This document shows positions 51,366-61,536 of a stretch of DNA of 64,000 nt, one piece after another. The notes beneath the pieces were generated by a model, which was not told the origin of the DNA, ran no database searches, and saw only the letters and a program-made list of their open reading frames with translations. The DNA comes from an uncultured Actinomycetes bacterium (lineage in GTDB: Bacteria; Actinomycetota; Thermoleophilia; Gaiellales; Gaiellaceae), in NCBI GenBank assembly GCA_963755155.1, contig CAVWIV010000004.1, positions 24,386 to 88,385 of the forward strand, written 5' to 3'. The translations under genes and the position numbers were made by a program. How positions within the stretch are numbered: position 1 is the first letter of the stretch; every line of letters starts with the position of its first letter.

Positions 51366-52744
51366 TGTGCGGCGTCTTCGGCATCTACGCGCCGGACCGT
51401 GATGTCGCGCGTCTCACCCACTTCGCGCTGCACGCGCTCCAGCACCGGGGACAGGAGGCGGCGGGCATCGCCGTCTCGGACGACGGCCGCCTGACCGTCC
51501 TTCAGGAGCTCGGCCTGATCACGCACTTCTCGGAGCAGAAGCTGAAAGGACTGCGAGGCGAGGCCGCGATCGGTCACACGCGGTACTCGACGACCGGGTC
51601 GAGCACGTGGGCGAACGCCCAGCCGCTCCTTCCCCGCGGCAACCGCAGCGTCGCCCTCGCCCACAACGGCAACCTCGTGAACGCGAACGAGCTTCGCGAG
51701 GAGCTCGAGGCCGAGGGCGCGAAGCTCGGCTCGACGTCCGACTCCGAGCTGATCGCCGTCGCCATCGCCGGCGACCCGAAGCCGCTCGAAGAGGCAGTGC
51801 CGGCGGCCATGGCGCGGCTCGAGGGCGCGTACTCCGTCGCCGCTATCGCGGACGGCAAGCTCCTCGCCTTCCGCGATCCTCACGGCTTCCGGCCGCTCGC
51901 GCTCGGCCGGCTCGGCGAGGACTGGGTCATCGCCTCCGAGACGTGCGCCTTCGACCTGCTGGGCGCGGAGCTCGTGCGGGAGCTGGCGCCGGGCGAGCTC
52001 GTGGTCGCCAACGGAGACGGGCTGCGGTCGATCCAGGCCGTCCCGCCGGCCGGCGACGGCGCGCTCTGCATCTTCGAGTACTTCTACTTCTCGCGGCCGG
52101 ACTCGCATCTCGCGGGCGTCGAGGCGCATGCGGCCCGTGTGCGAATGGGCGAACGGCTGGCGGTGGAGTCACCGGCCGAGGCCGACCTCGTGATGCCGAT
52201 CCCGGACTCGGGCACGCCCGCTGCCGTCGGCTTCTCGCGCGCCTCCGGCATCCCGTTCAGCGAGGGGCTCATCAAGAACCGCTACGTCGGCCGGACGTTC
52301 ATCCAGCCCGACCAGGAGCTCCGCCAGCAGGGCATCCGGCTGAAATTCAACCCGCTCGACGAGGTGGCCGGCCAGCGCGTCGTCGTCGTGGACGACTCGA
52401 TCGTTCGCGGCAACACGACGCGCCAGCTCGTGGCGATGCTCTTCGACGCGGGCGCGGCCGAGGTGCATGTGCGCATCTCGTCGCCGCAGGTGGTCGGCCC
52501 GTGCTTCTACGGCATCGACCTGCCCGACGAGGACGAGCTGATCGCGGGCGCACGCTCGGTGGAGGAGGTCCGCGAGTTCATCGGCGCGACGAGCCTCGCG
52601 CACCTGTCGCTCGAAGGCCTCACCGAGGCGACGCGGCGGCCGGCGTCGTCGCTCTGTCGCGCATGCCTGACGCTCGACTATCCGACGCGCATACCCGAGG
52701 ACCGGCGGCTCGCGAAGCTCCGCTTCGAGCCGGCCCCCACCTAG
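51365..52744 (+). CDS. purF: Amidophosphoribosyltransferase PurF
   Basis: MCGVFGIYA (N-terminal nucleophile Cys), GHTRYSTTG, VVVVDDSIVRGNT (PRPP loop) and Cys residues for the 4Fe-4S type (CIFEY, PCFYGID). The ATG overlaps the purL stop. Intact. Confidence 0.93.
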   Translation: MCGVFGIYAPDRDVARLTHFALHALQHRGQEAAGIAVSDDGRLTVLQELGLITHFSEQKLKGLRGEAAIGHTRYSTTGSSTWANAQPLLPRGNRSVALAHNGNLVNANELREELEAEGAKLGSTSDSELIAVAIAGDPKPLEEAVPAAMARLEGAYSVAAIADGKLLAFRDPHGFRPLALGRLGEDWVIASETCAFDLLGAELVRELAPGELVVANGDGLRSIQAVPPAGDGALCIFEYFYFSRPDSHLAGVEAHAARVRMGERLAVESPAEADLVMPIPDSGTPAAVGFSRASGIPFSEGLIKNRYVGRTFIQPDQELRQQGIRLKFNPLDEVAGQRVVVVDDSIVRGNTTRQLVAMLFDAGAAEVHVRISSPQVVGPCFYGIDLPDEDELIAGARSVEEVREFIGATSLAHLSLEGLTEATRRPASSLCRACLTLDYPTRIPEDRRLAKLRFEPAPT

Positions 52745-53608
52745 CCGCGGCCGTAGCGGACGGCGCGGGCTGCGGCTTCCGCCTCCACGCCCTCCTCGAT
52801 CAGCTCCTGGCGCCGCTCGCTCTCGCCCGCGAGCTTGAGGAAGAGCCACGCGATCGCCGCGATCGTCACCACGGAGTCGACGACCATCATCACCGAGCCG
52901 GCGATGCCCTGATCCGCGCGAGCCGAGATGCCGAAGCGGGCGACAGCGTGGACGTACTCACCGTAGACCGGCTCGTCGGCCCAGGCGAGCACGTTCGCGA
53001 GCACCATGCTCGCGAAGCGCGCGGCGACGATGTAGAGGAGCTTCGTGCCCGTGCCGAACCACCGAGGGGCGGGCAGCGGCTCGAGCACAGGCGCCCAGAA
53101 GAGCGCGCCGGCCGTGAAGAACGCGACGTGCTCGAGCGCGTGCACGGCGTCGTTCCCGAGCGCCGCCTCGTAGAAGTAGGGCAGGTGCCAGAGGTAGAGG
53201 TTCACCGCCCACAGCGGCCAGGCCACGAGCGGGTGAGCGAGCACGCGGAGCCGGTGGATCCACTTGTAGGCGATGAGCGGCCGGAGCAGCGGGCCTGTCA
53301 GCCCGGCGACGATCGCGAGCGGCGCGAGCTCCCCGAGCAGCACGTGCTGCGCCATGTGCACGAAGAAGAACTGCTGCTCGCCCCACGCGTCGAGCGGCGA
53401 GAAGAGCGCGAGGGCAAGCAAGGCGAGCCCGACGCCGAACGACCAGCGGCGCCAGGCGGCGACGGGCGAGCCCGCGGCGCGCCAGCGTCCGCGCGCGGCG
53501 GTAGTAGAGGAACGCGCCGAGCGCGATGGCCACGACGGCGAGCGGATCGAACGTCCAGCTCGTCAGCAGCGAGAGGTCCTCGTGGGCGCCGCCGTGTCCG
53601 AGGATCAC
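52741..53608 (-). CDS. Cytochrome c oxidase assembly factor, caa3-CtaG-like membrane protein; one inferred frame break near 53472
   Basis: GTG 53608 (VILGHGGAHEDLSLLTSWTFDPLAVVAIALGAFLYY) in the frame of ORF 52958..55012. It then continues as SPVAAWRRWSFGVGLALLALALFSPLDAWGEQQFFFVHMAQHVLLGELAPL...LYLWHLP in ORF 52741..53421. Confidence 0.75.
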
Positions 53609-53632
53609 AGCGCTTGAGCATAGACTCGCCGC

Positions 53633-54523
53633 GTGAGCGGGCGGACGTACGACGAGGCCGGCGTCTCCATCGACAAGGGCGCCGACGTCGTCGAGCGGCT
53701 CCGCCGCGCGGTCGAATCGACGGGCGCCACCGGCTTCGGCGCCTTCGCCGGCCTCCATCCGCTCGACGACACGCGGCTGCTCGCGGCGTCGACCGACTCC
53801 GTGGGGACGAAGCTCGTGCTGGCGCGGGAGCGAGGCGCTCTGCGCAACTGCGGCGCCGACCTCGCCGCCCACTGCATCAACGACGTCTCGACGTGCGGCG
53901 CCGACCCGCTCGTGCTGCTCGACTACGTGGCCGCGAACGAGATCGACCCCGACCAGGTCGTGGAGCTCGTGGAGGGCGCCGCCGAGGTCTGTCGCGCGGC
54001 CGGCGTGGCGTTGATCGGCGGGGAGACGGCCGAGCTGCCGGGCATCTACCGGGAAGGGGAGCTCGACTTCGCGGGGACGTGCATCGGCGTCGTCGAGCGC
54101 GACCGCGTGATCGACGGCTCGGCGGTCGTGGCGGGTGACGTCGTCGTCGGGCTGCCGTCTGCCGGCGTCCACGCGAACGGCTTCACGCTCGTCCGCCGAG
54201 TGCTCCAGGACGAGGACTACGACGGCCCGGACCTCCTCGCTCCCACACGGCTCTACCTCGACGACGTCCGGCGGCTCCGCGAGACCGCTCACGCCTTCGC
54301 GCACGTCACGGGCGGCGGCATCCTCGGCAACCTCGAGCGCGTCCTGCCGAACGGGCTCCGCGCCGAGGTCGACTGGGGCGCCTGGGAGCGCCCGCCGGTC
54401 TTCGGCTGGCTTGCTCGCCACGTGGCAGAGGACGAGCTGCGGCGCGTGTTCAACCTCGGCATCGGCTTCCTCGCGGTCGTGCCGGAGCCCGGCGACGACC
54501 TCGTGATCGGGCGCATCGTGTGA
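53633..54523 (+). CDS. purM: AIR synthetase PurM
   Basis: [33 protein letters not shown] and [11 protein letters not shown]. Confidence 0.92.
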   Translation: MSGRTYDEAGVSIDKGADVVERLRRAVESTGATGFGAFAGLHPLDDTRLLAASTDSVGTKLVLARERGALRNCGADLAAHCINDVSTCGADPLVLLDYVAANEIDPDQVVELVEGAAEVCRAAGVALIGGETAELPGIYREGELDFAGTCIGVVERDRVIDGSAVVAGDVVVGLPSAGVHANGFTLVRRVLQDEDYDGPDLLAPTRLYLDDVRRLRETAHAFAHVTGGGILGNLERVLPNGLRAEVDWGAWERPPVFGWLARHVAEDELRRVFNLGIGFLAVVPEPGDDLVIGRIV

Positions 54524-55051
54524 TCGGAGTGTTGGTATCCGGCGAGGGGACGAACCTCCAAGCGCTGATCGACGACGACTTGCCGATCGCTGCCGTCGCG
54601 TCGAACAGGACAGACGCGCGAGCGCTCGAGCGGGCGCGTGCAAGCGGCGATCCCGACAGCCGTATTCGACGCCGCCGACCATCCGTCGCGAGCACACCGC
54701 GACGCGGCTATGGCGGACTGGCTGGAGGCAAAGGGCGCGACGCTCGTCGTCTGCGCCGGCTTCATGGAGCTCCTGACGCCGTCGTTCCTCGAGCACTTTC
54801 CCGGACGGATCGTGAACATCCACCCGTCTCTGCTCCCCGCGTTCCCCGGCACGCATCCGATCGCGGACGCGATCGCCGCCGGCGTCGACAGGACGGGAGT
54901 GACCGTGCACTACGTGGACGAAGGCGTGGACACCGGACCGGTGCTCGCGCAGGAACCGGTCGCCGTCGAGCCTCGCGAGACGCTGGTCGAGCGAATCCAC
55001 GAGCTCGAGCACCGGCTGTTGCCCCGAGTCGTGAAAGGCCTTCTCGAGTGA
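54520..55051 (+). CDS. purN: GAR formyltransferase PurN; one inferred frame break near 54637
   Basis: [18 protein letters not shown] (frame 1, GTGA overlap with purM), then IPTAVFD...[36 protein letters not shown]...[20 protein letters not shown] in ORF 54638..55051. Confidence 0.9.
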
Positions 55052-56588
55052 TCGAGCGCGCGCTCCTTTCCGTCTACGACAAGACCGGCCTCGACGCGTT
55101 CGCGCGCGGCCTCGCGGACCTCGGCGTCGAGCTCGTCGCGAGCGGCGGCACGGCAGCGTTCATCGAGGAGCACGAGCTCGGCGTGACGCTCGTCGAGGAG
55201 CTGACGGGGGCGGGCGAGCTGCTCGGCGGACGCGTGAAGACGCTGCATCCCCAGGTGCACGCGGCGATCCTCGCGCAGGGCCGACTCAGAGGAGGACGCG
55301 TTCACGCTCGACGAGCTCGGCATCCGGCCGTTCCAGCTCGTGTGCGTGAACCTCTATCCGTTCGCGCAGGTCGCCTGGCGCTGGGGCGTGAGCGAGGACG
55401 ACGCCGTCGAGATGATCGACGTCGGCGGCCCCGCGATGCTGCGGGCGGCGGCGAAGAACTACGCGCGCGTGACGCCGGTCTGCCGCCCGGATCAATACGG
55501 CGCCGTGCTCGACGAACTGCGTGAGCACGGCGAGCTCTCGCTCGACACCCGTCGCAGCCTCGCCGCCGACGCCTTCGCGACAACGGCCGCCTACGAGTCC
55601 GCGATCGCCGCGTGGTTCGCCGGCGGCCAGGAGAGCCCCCGCACGGTCACGCCGACGTTCGACAAGGTGCTCGACCTCGCGTACGGCGAGAACCCGCATC
55701 AGCGCGCCGCCTTCTACGCGGAGGCGGGCGCGCGACGGCACGTCCTCTCGCGCGTCGACCAGCTGCAAGGCGACGCCCTGTCGTTCAACAACCTTGCCGA
55801 CCTGTCGGCCGCCCGGGCCCTCTCGGAGGAGTTCACGGTGCCCGCCTGCGTGATCGTGAAGCACAAGAATCCCTGTGGCGTCGCGCTCGGCAAGACGATC
55901 GAGGAGGCGTACGAGCGCGCACTCGCGGCCGACCCTGTCTCGGCATACGGAGGCGTCATCGTGTGCAATCGCGCGATCGACGGCGCGCTCGGCGGCCGAC
56001 TGGCCGAGCACTTCGTCGAGGTGCTCTTCGCCCCCGGCTTCGACGACGACGCGCGCGCGGCCCTGGCGGCGAAGCCGGCGATGCGCGTGCTGCTCGACGC
56101 GGAGCGCCGCCATGCGTCGCCGGGCGAGCGCGACTACCGGCGCGTGATGGGTGGCCTGCTCGTCCAGGACTCGGACGCCGACGTCGACTCGCGCGAGGCG
56201 ATGGAGGTCGTGTGCGGCGAGCCGACGGAGGACGACTGGGGCGAGCTGCTCTTCGCCTGGCGCATCTGCAAGCACGTGTCGTCGAACGCCATCGTCCTCG
56301 CGCGCGAGCTACAGACGCTCGGGGTGGGCGCGGGCCAGATGAGCCGCGTCGACGCGGTGCGCCTCGCCGTCGAGAGAGCCCGCGAGCTCGGTCACTCCTG
56401 CGAGGGCGCAGCGCTGGCGTCGGACGCGTTCTTCCCGTTCGCCGACGGGCCGCAGCTGGCGCTCGACGCGGGCGTGCGGGCGATCATCCAGCCCGGCGGC
56501 TCGAAGCGGGACGACGAAGTGATCGAGGCAGTGAGCTTCAGCCGGCGCGGTGATGGTCTTCACCCATCGCCGGCACTTCAGACACTAA
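55048..56588 (+). CDS. purH: Bifunctional AICAR transformylase / IMP cyclohydrolase PurH; two inferred frame breaks (55277 and about 56534)
   Basis: [20 protein letters not shown]...[17 protein letters not shown] (frame 1). Removing the a at 55277 restores [32 protein letters not shown]...[12 protein letters not shown]...SAYGGVI...SNAIVLA...QPGGSKRD (ORF 55340..57082). The end [13 protein letters not shown] with TAA 56586-88 is in a third frame. Confidence 0.9.
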
Positions 56589-56597
56589 GTCGGACTG

Positions 56598-59504
56598 CTA
56601 CGCAACCTCGAGGTACGCGCAGCGGCGGGTGTCCGCAGGCAGCGGCGAGCGGCCGATCCGCGCGACGAGGAAGCGCACGCCGTCGACGTCCTCGAATGCA
56701 CCGATGTCCGGCGACGGCCCGGACATCTCAGTCAGCCGGTAGACGCCCTCCACCGGCACGAACACGACGTGGCGATCCGGATCGTAGGTGCGCTCGCCGA
56801 GCCGTTCTTTCGCCGAGTCGAGACCTGCCGAGACCTCTTCGAGCAGCCTGGCGCAGCCTGAGAGCTCGACCTCGGTCGCCGCGAGCTTGTCCGTCAGCGG
56901 CTGAAGCTCGGCAAGATCCGCCTCCAGGCGGCCGAGCTCATGCCGTGTCGCAACGTGAGCAGCGCACTCCTCTTGCAGTCGCTGGTCGAGTGCGTCCGCG
57001 CTCGCGCCGAGCGAAGCGAACTGGAGCTCGACGGCAGCGCGTGCCTCCGCCTCACGGGCAAGTGCCTGCTCGCGCTCGCTGACCCGCTGCTCCAGGCCTG
57101 CGGCGCTGTCCTGGGCCTTCCTCAGCTCCTGCGCCAGCTCCCTGACCTTGGCCTTCCGCTTCTCGGAGACCTGCTCCAGACGAGTCGCGTCCCCCTGGAC
57201 AGTCGCCAGCACGCGTTCGAGCTCACTCACCCTTGGCACTTCGCGCCGCAGCTTCGTGGCCTCGGCCTCGAGGGCAGTGTGTGCCTCGGCCTCGCGTGCA
57301 AGAGCCTGCTCACGCTCGCTGACCCGCTGCTCCAAGCCGGCGGCCTTGTCCTTCGCGGCGGTCAGCTGCTGCTCGAGATCTGCCGCGGCGGCTGCGGATC
57401 CGACGCGCTCGTTCTCGAGCAGCGTCTGAAGCTCCTTGACTTTCGCCTTCCGCTGCTCGGAGACACGCTCCTGGCGAGCCATCTCGTCGCGGACGGCCGC
57501 CAGCTCCTGCTCCAACTCGCTCGCCTTCGGTGCCTGCCGGCGCAGCTCCAGCGCCTCGGCCTCGAGGGCCGTGCGTGACTCGACTTCGCGCACAAGGACG
57601 CGCTCGCGCTCGGCGACCAGCTGCTCGAGCCTCGAGGCCTCCGCCTGAGAGTTCCTCAACCCCTGCTCGAGATCAGCCGTCGCGGCGGCGGATCGCGCCC
57701 GCTCGTCCTCGAGCAGCGCCTGGAGCTCCTTCACCTTCGCCTGCCGCTGCTCGGAGACGCGCTCGTGGCGTGTCATCTCCTCGCGGACGGCCGCCAGCTC
57801 CTGTTCGAGCTCGCCTGCCTTCGACAGCTTGCGCCGCAGCTTCGCAGCCTCGGCCTCGACAGCGGCGCGTGACTCGGTCTCGCGTGCAAGAGCTTCCGCT
57901 CGCTCGCTGACGAGCAGCTCGAGCCCGGCGGCGCTCTCCTGAGCGTTCCTGAGCTCCTGCGCCAGCTCCTTCACCTTGGCCTTGCGCTCCTCGGAGGCCT
58001 GCTCGAGGCGCGCCACGTCCTCGCGGACGACCGACAGCTCCTGTTCGAGCTCCCCGGTGTCCCCGCGACTCGCGAGCTCCTCCCGGAGCTCTCCGACCGT
58101 AGCCTCGAACGCTGCAGCCTCGGCGCGAGCTTCGGTGAGCTTCCGCTCGAGCGCTTCACCCGAGGCGCGCTGCTCTTCGAGCTGCTCTGAGAGGGTCGTA
58201 ACGGCTGCATGCGCCTGGCTACCTTCCTTGCGAGCCTTGTCCAGCTCGGAACGGAGCTCGGCGAGCGCCGCGTCCAGGCCGGCGGCCTCGACGCGCGCCT
58301 CGTCCAGTAGGCGCTGCGAGTCCGCGACGCCGGCGCGCAGCTCGTCGACCTGCGCCGTGAGCGCTCCGATCGCATCCTTCGATCCGGCGTGTTCGTCGCG
58401 AAGGGCCTTCAGCTCGTTCTCGAGAGCCGCTCGTGCGTCGGCCTCGCCAGTAGATGTGGCTCGCTCGTCCTCGAGCAGCCCCTGCAGCTCCTTTACCTTG
58501 GACTTCCGCTTCTCCGAGCTCTGCTCCAGGCGAGCCAGCTCCTGGCGGACGGCTGCCAGCTCCTGCTCGAGCACGTCGGTGTCCCCACGACTCGCGAGCT
58601 CCTCCCGGAGCTCTCCGACCGTCGACTCGAACGCTGCAGCGTCGGCGCGAGCCTTGTCCAGCTCGGACCGAACCTCGTCGACCTGCGCGGTGAGCGCTGC
58701 GATCGCGTCCTTCGATCCGCCGTGCTCGTCGCGAAGCGCCTTCAGCTCCTTCTCGAGCCGGCCGGCCTCAGCCGCGAGCTGGGTCTGGACCTCGGCGCCC
58801 GCGGCGAGCTCGCCGTCGCGGACGTCGAGCTCAGCTCGAAGCTGGGCCTCCATTGCCTCGAGCTCGGCCAGCCGAGCCACAGCCTGCTCACTCTCGTCCG
58901 AGTCCTCAGCCCGCCCGGCGCGCTCCTGCCACTCGCCGACCTCCTGGGCCAGACGTTCGCGCTCCTTGCGGGACTCCTCGAGCAGGCGCAGCGTTCCCTT
59001 GTGTCCGGCGCGCTCCTCATCGAGTCTCGTCGACGCGAAGCGCAGCTGCTGGCGGAGGTTCTCGAGCTCGGCGGCGCCGTCGTCCAGCGCCGTCCAGTCG
59101 ACCTGCTCCTCGGGAGCGCCGCCGTCGAGGTCGTCGATGATTGCGAGACGTCGATCGTGCGGCGTGGACGGAGTGGGCGGCGCCACGGGCTCCAAAGGCT
59201 CTTCCGTGTCTTCGATGTCCTTCGTGCGCGGGTGGCGACGCTTGATCTCGGACCAGAGCCCGGCGCCGAATCCCTCCTGCTTCTCCATTTCGACCCCGAG
59301 TTGCTCGGCCAGCACCGTCGTCAGGGAAGGCCCGGAGACGAAGCCTTTCCTCACGAGGATCTGGCCGAGGCGCTTGCCGGTCTCCTTCTGTTCCGCCAGC
59401 GCTTCCGCCAGCTCCTCAGCCGTGATCAGGCCCTTCTCGACGAAGAGCTCTCCAAGCAGCTGCTGAGGGACGCGGGCCGCTTCCACGATCGAGCTAATCG
59501 GCAC
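56598..59504 (-). CDS. 968-aa protein: N-terminal tandem MshEN/T2SSE_N-type motifs, about 800 aa of repetitive coiled coil, small C-terminal beta-rich domain
   Basis: Single uninterrupted ORF. Residues 16-39 and 45-68 match the 24-residue MshEN motif, with a 5-residue spacer. Residues about 140-900 are Glu/Ala/Leu/Arg-rich heptad-like sequence with internal repeats. Residues about 905-968 read DPDRHVVFVPVEGVYRLTEMSGPSPDIGAFEDVDGVRFLVARIGRSPLPADTRRCAYLEVA. Confidence 0.8.
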   Translation of the reverse strand: MPISSIVEAARVPQQLLGELFVEKGLITAEELAEALAEQKETGKRLGQILVRKGFVSGPSLTTVLAEQLGVEMEKQEGFGAGLWSEIKRRHPRTKDIEDTEEPLEPVAPPTPSTPHDRRLAIIDDLDGGAPEEQVDWTALDDGAAELENLRQQLRFASTRLDEERAGHKGTLRLLEESRKERERLAQEVGEWQERAGRAEDSDESEQAVARLAELEAMEAQLRAELDVRDGELAAGAEVQTQLAAEAGRLEKELKALRDEHGGSKDAIAALTAQVDEVRSELDKARADAAAFESTVGELREELASRGDTDVLEQELAAVRQELARLEQSSEKRKSKVKELQGLLEDERATSTGEADARAALENELKALRDEHAGSKDAIGALTAQVDELRAGVADSQRLLDEARVEAAGLDAALAELRSELDKARKEGSQAHAAVTTLSEQLEEQRASGEALERKLTEARAEAAAFEATVGELREELASRGDTGELEQELSVVREDVARLEQASEERKAKVKELAQELRNAQESAAGLELLVSERAEALARETESRAAVEAEAAKLRRKLSKAGELEQELAAVREEMTRHERVSEQRQAKVKELQALLEDERARSAAATADLEQGLRNSQAEASRLEQLVAERERVLVREVESRTALEAEALELRRQAPKASELEQELAAVRDEMARQERVSEQRKAKVKELQTLLENERVGSAAAAADLEQQLTAAKDKAAGLEQRVSEREQALAREAEAHTALEAEATKLRREVPRVSELERVLATVQGDATRLEQVSEKRKAKVRELAQELRKAQDSAAGLEQRVSEREQALAREAEARAAVELQFASLGASADALDQRLQEECAAHVATRHELGRLEADLAELQPLTDKLAATEVELSGCARLLEEVSAGLDSAKERLGERTYDPDRHVVFVPVEGVYRLTEMSGPSPDIGAFEDVDGVRFLVARIGRSPLPADTRRCAYLEVA
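57017..58745. repeat. Intragenic mosaic of long imperfect direct repeats (units of about 240-330 nt) inside the coiled-coil gene
   Basis: Protein-level copies: LKALRDEHxGSKDAIxALTAQVDE (aa 254, 365); AAAFExTVGELREELASRGDT (aa 289, 464); ELEQELxxVR.E (aa 311, 485, 565, 662, 761); KAKVKEL (aa 509, 589, 686, 785); GLEQRVSEREQALAREAEA (aa 723, 803). Confidence 0.8.
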
Positions 59505-59540
59505 ATCCGAGGGCTGGCTTGAGCGTTACGCTTCGCGGCC

Positions 59541-60941
59541 GTGACGCGCGAGTACCCGACGCTGCTCGACCTCGTTGGCGGAACGCCCGTCGTTCGCCTG
59601 CTCAATGTCGGAGCCGAGCTCGGCTGCACGCTGCTCGCGAAGCTCGAATACATGACGCCCGGCGGGTCGAACAAGGACCGGATCGGGCTGCGCATGGTCG
59701 AGGCCGCGGAACGGGATGGAAAGCTCGAACCCGGGGGCACGATCGTCGAGCCGACCTCCGGCAACACCGGCGTCGGGCTCGCGCTCGCCGCCGCAGTCAA
59801 GGGCTACAAGCTCATCTGCGTCGTACCCGACAAGGTGGCGACGGAGAAGATCGCCCTGCTGCGCGCGTTCGGGGCCGAAGTCGTCATCTGCCCCACTGCC
59901 GTCGACCCGGACTCGCCGGAGAGCTACTACTCGGTGTCCGACCGGCTGGCCGAGGAGATCCCGGGCGCGTACAAGCCGGACCAGTATTCGAACCAGGCGA
60001 ACCCGGACGCGCACTACCACTCGACCGGGCCCGAGATCTGGGAGCAGGTCGGCGACGACCTCGATGCGATCGTCATCTCCGTCGGCACGGGCGGGTCGAT
60101 CAGCGGCATCGGTCGCTATCTCAAGGAGCAGAAACCCGAGCTCGTCGTCGTCGGGGCCGATCCCGAGGGCTCGGTCTTCACCGCAGAGGACGAGAGCGGC
60201 GTCCACCCGTATCTCGTGGAGGGCATCGGCAAGGACACGTTCCCCGAGACGTTCGACCCGTCGATCGTGGACGAGTACGTGCGCGTGTCCGACCGCGACT
60301 CGTTCCTCACCGCGCGCCGCCTCGCACGCGAGGAGGGCATTCTCGGCGGCGGCTCGGCCGGGACGTCGGTGTTCGCGATGCTCGAGACGGCGCGGCGCCA
60401 CGGCCCGGGCAAGACGATCCTCACGACGATCCCCGACGGCGGACGCGGCTACCTCTCGAAGCTCTTCGACGACAACTGGATGCTCGAGCACGGCCTGCTC
60501 GAGCGTCGCGGCCCGCTGCCGACGATCGACGAGGTGCTCGCGTTCAAGCACGCGGACGACGGCGCCACGCCCGACCTCGTCGTCTGCGAGGCGCACCAGA
60601 AGATCGGCGCCGCCATCGAGCTCATGCAGCGCTACGGGATCTCCCAGCTGCCCGTCGTCCGGCGCGACCCGCCGGCCTCGCTCACCGACGTCATCGGCTC
60701 GCTCAACGAGCGCGGGCTGCTCGACCGCGTGTTCCGCAATCCCGACTCGCTCGGCGAGGACGTCGCAGGCGCCATGGACCCGCCGCTGCACGCGGTGGAC
60801 GCCGGCGAGTCTGTCCGCGACGTCTACGGCAGCCTCGCCGGCACCGGCGCCGCCGTGCTCGTCGCCCGGTCGGGCGCTCCGGCCGCCGTGCTCACGCGCA
60901 GCGACCTCCTCGAGTACCTCGCGCACGGTCGCGCCGACTAG
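59541..60941 (+). CDS. cbs: Cystathionine beta-synthase (PLP fold type II domain plus C-terminal CBS pair)
   Basis: GGTPVVRL, YMTPGGSNKDRIG (PLP Lys), EPTSGNTGVGLA and GTGGSISG, then two CBS motifs (EAHQKIGAAIELMQRYGISQLPVV and AVLVARSGAPAAVLTRSDLL). Confidence 0.88.
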   Translation: MTREYPTLLDLVGGTPVVRLLNVGAELGCTLLAKLEYMTPGGSNKDRIGLRMVEAAERDGKLEPGGTIVEPTSGNTGVGLALAAAVKGYKLICVVPDKVATEKIALLRAFGAEVVICPTAVDPDSPESYYSVSDRLAEEIPGAYKPDQYSNQANPDAHYHSTGPEIWEQVGDDLDAIVISVGTGGSISGIGRYLKEQKPELVVVGADPEGSVFTAEDESGVHPYLVEGIGKDTFPETFDPSIVDEYVRVSDRDSFLTARRLAREEGILGGGSAGTSVFAMLETARRHGPGKTILTTIPDGGRGYLSKLFDDNWMLEHGLLERRGPLPTIDEVLAFKHADDGATPDLVVCEAHQKIGAAIELMQRYGISQLPVVRRDPPASLTDVIGSLNERGLLDRVFRNPDSLGEDVAGAMDPPLHAVDAGESVRDVYGSLAGTGAAVLVARSGAPAAVLTRSDLLEYLAHGRAD

Positions 60942-60942
60942 C

Positions 60943-61536
60943 GTGCTGCTCTACAACTCGCAGCCGTCGGGCAACTGTTACAAGGCCAGGCTCCTCCTGA
61001 GCCAGCTGGGCATGCCGTTCGAGCGGGTCGACGTGGACACGAGGACGAAGGATGGCCGCGGGCCGGTACTCGGCGGCAAGAATCCGGCCCTCCGCGTGCC
61101 GGTGCTCGAGCTCGACGACGGGCGGCACCTGCCCGAGTCGGGAGCGATCCTCTGGTACCTCGCCGAGGACACCGACTTCGTTCCCGACGACCGGTTCGAC
61201 CGCGCGCGGGTGCTCCAGTGGATGTTCTTCGAGCAATACGACCACGAGCCGTACATCGCGGTCATCCGGCATCGGACGATGCTCGGCCACCTCGACGACT
61301 ACGCCGACTCCGACGAGCGGCGCGAGCGCGGCTACAAGGCGCTCGCTGCGATGGAGGAGCATCTCGCCGGCCACGCGTGGTTCGTCGGCGACGGCTACAC
61401 GATCGCCGACATCGCGCTCTACGCGTACACGCACGTGGCGGACGAGGGCGGCTTCGATCTCTCCGGCTATCCCGGGATCAACGCGTGGCTCTCGCGCGTC
61501 GCCGCGGAGCCGGGCCACATCACGATCGACGATTGA
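60943..61536 (+). CDS. Glutathione S-transferase family protein
   Basis: GTG 60943 lies 2 nt after the cbs stop. Thioredoxin-like N-domain (LLYNSQPSGNCYKARLLL...VPVLELDDGRHLPESGAILWYLA) and helical C-domain (GYTIADIALYAY). Confidence 0.85.
   Translation: MLLYNSQPSGNCYKARLLLSQLGMPFERVDVDTRTKDGRGPVLGGKNPALRVPVLELDDGRHLPESGAILWYLAEDTDFVPDDRFDRARVLQWMFFEQYDHEPYIAVIRHRTMLGHLDDYADSDERRERGYKALAAMEEHLAGHAWFVGDGYTIADIALYAYTHVADEGGFDLSGYPGINAWLSRVAAEPGHITIDD

Noticed and set aside
57976-59466. 496-aa Ser/Ala/Arg-rich ORF, and ORFs 56940..57578 and 58389..59522, on the plus strand opposite the coiled-coil gene
   Set aside because: They are mirror-image frames of a highly repetitive GAG/CTC/GCC-rich gene. 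They inherit its periodicity but have no start context or motifs, while the minus-strand ORF is uninterrupted for 968 codons.
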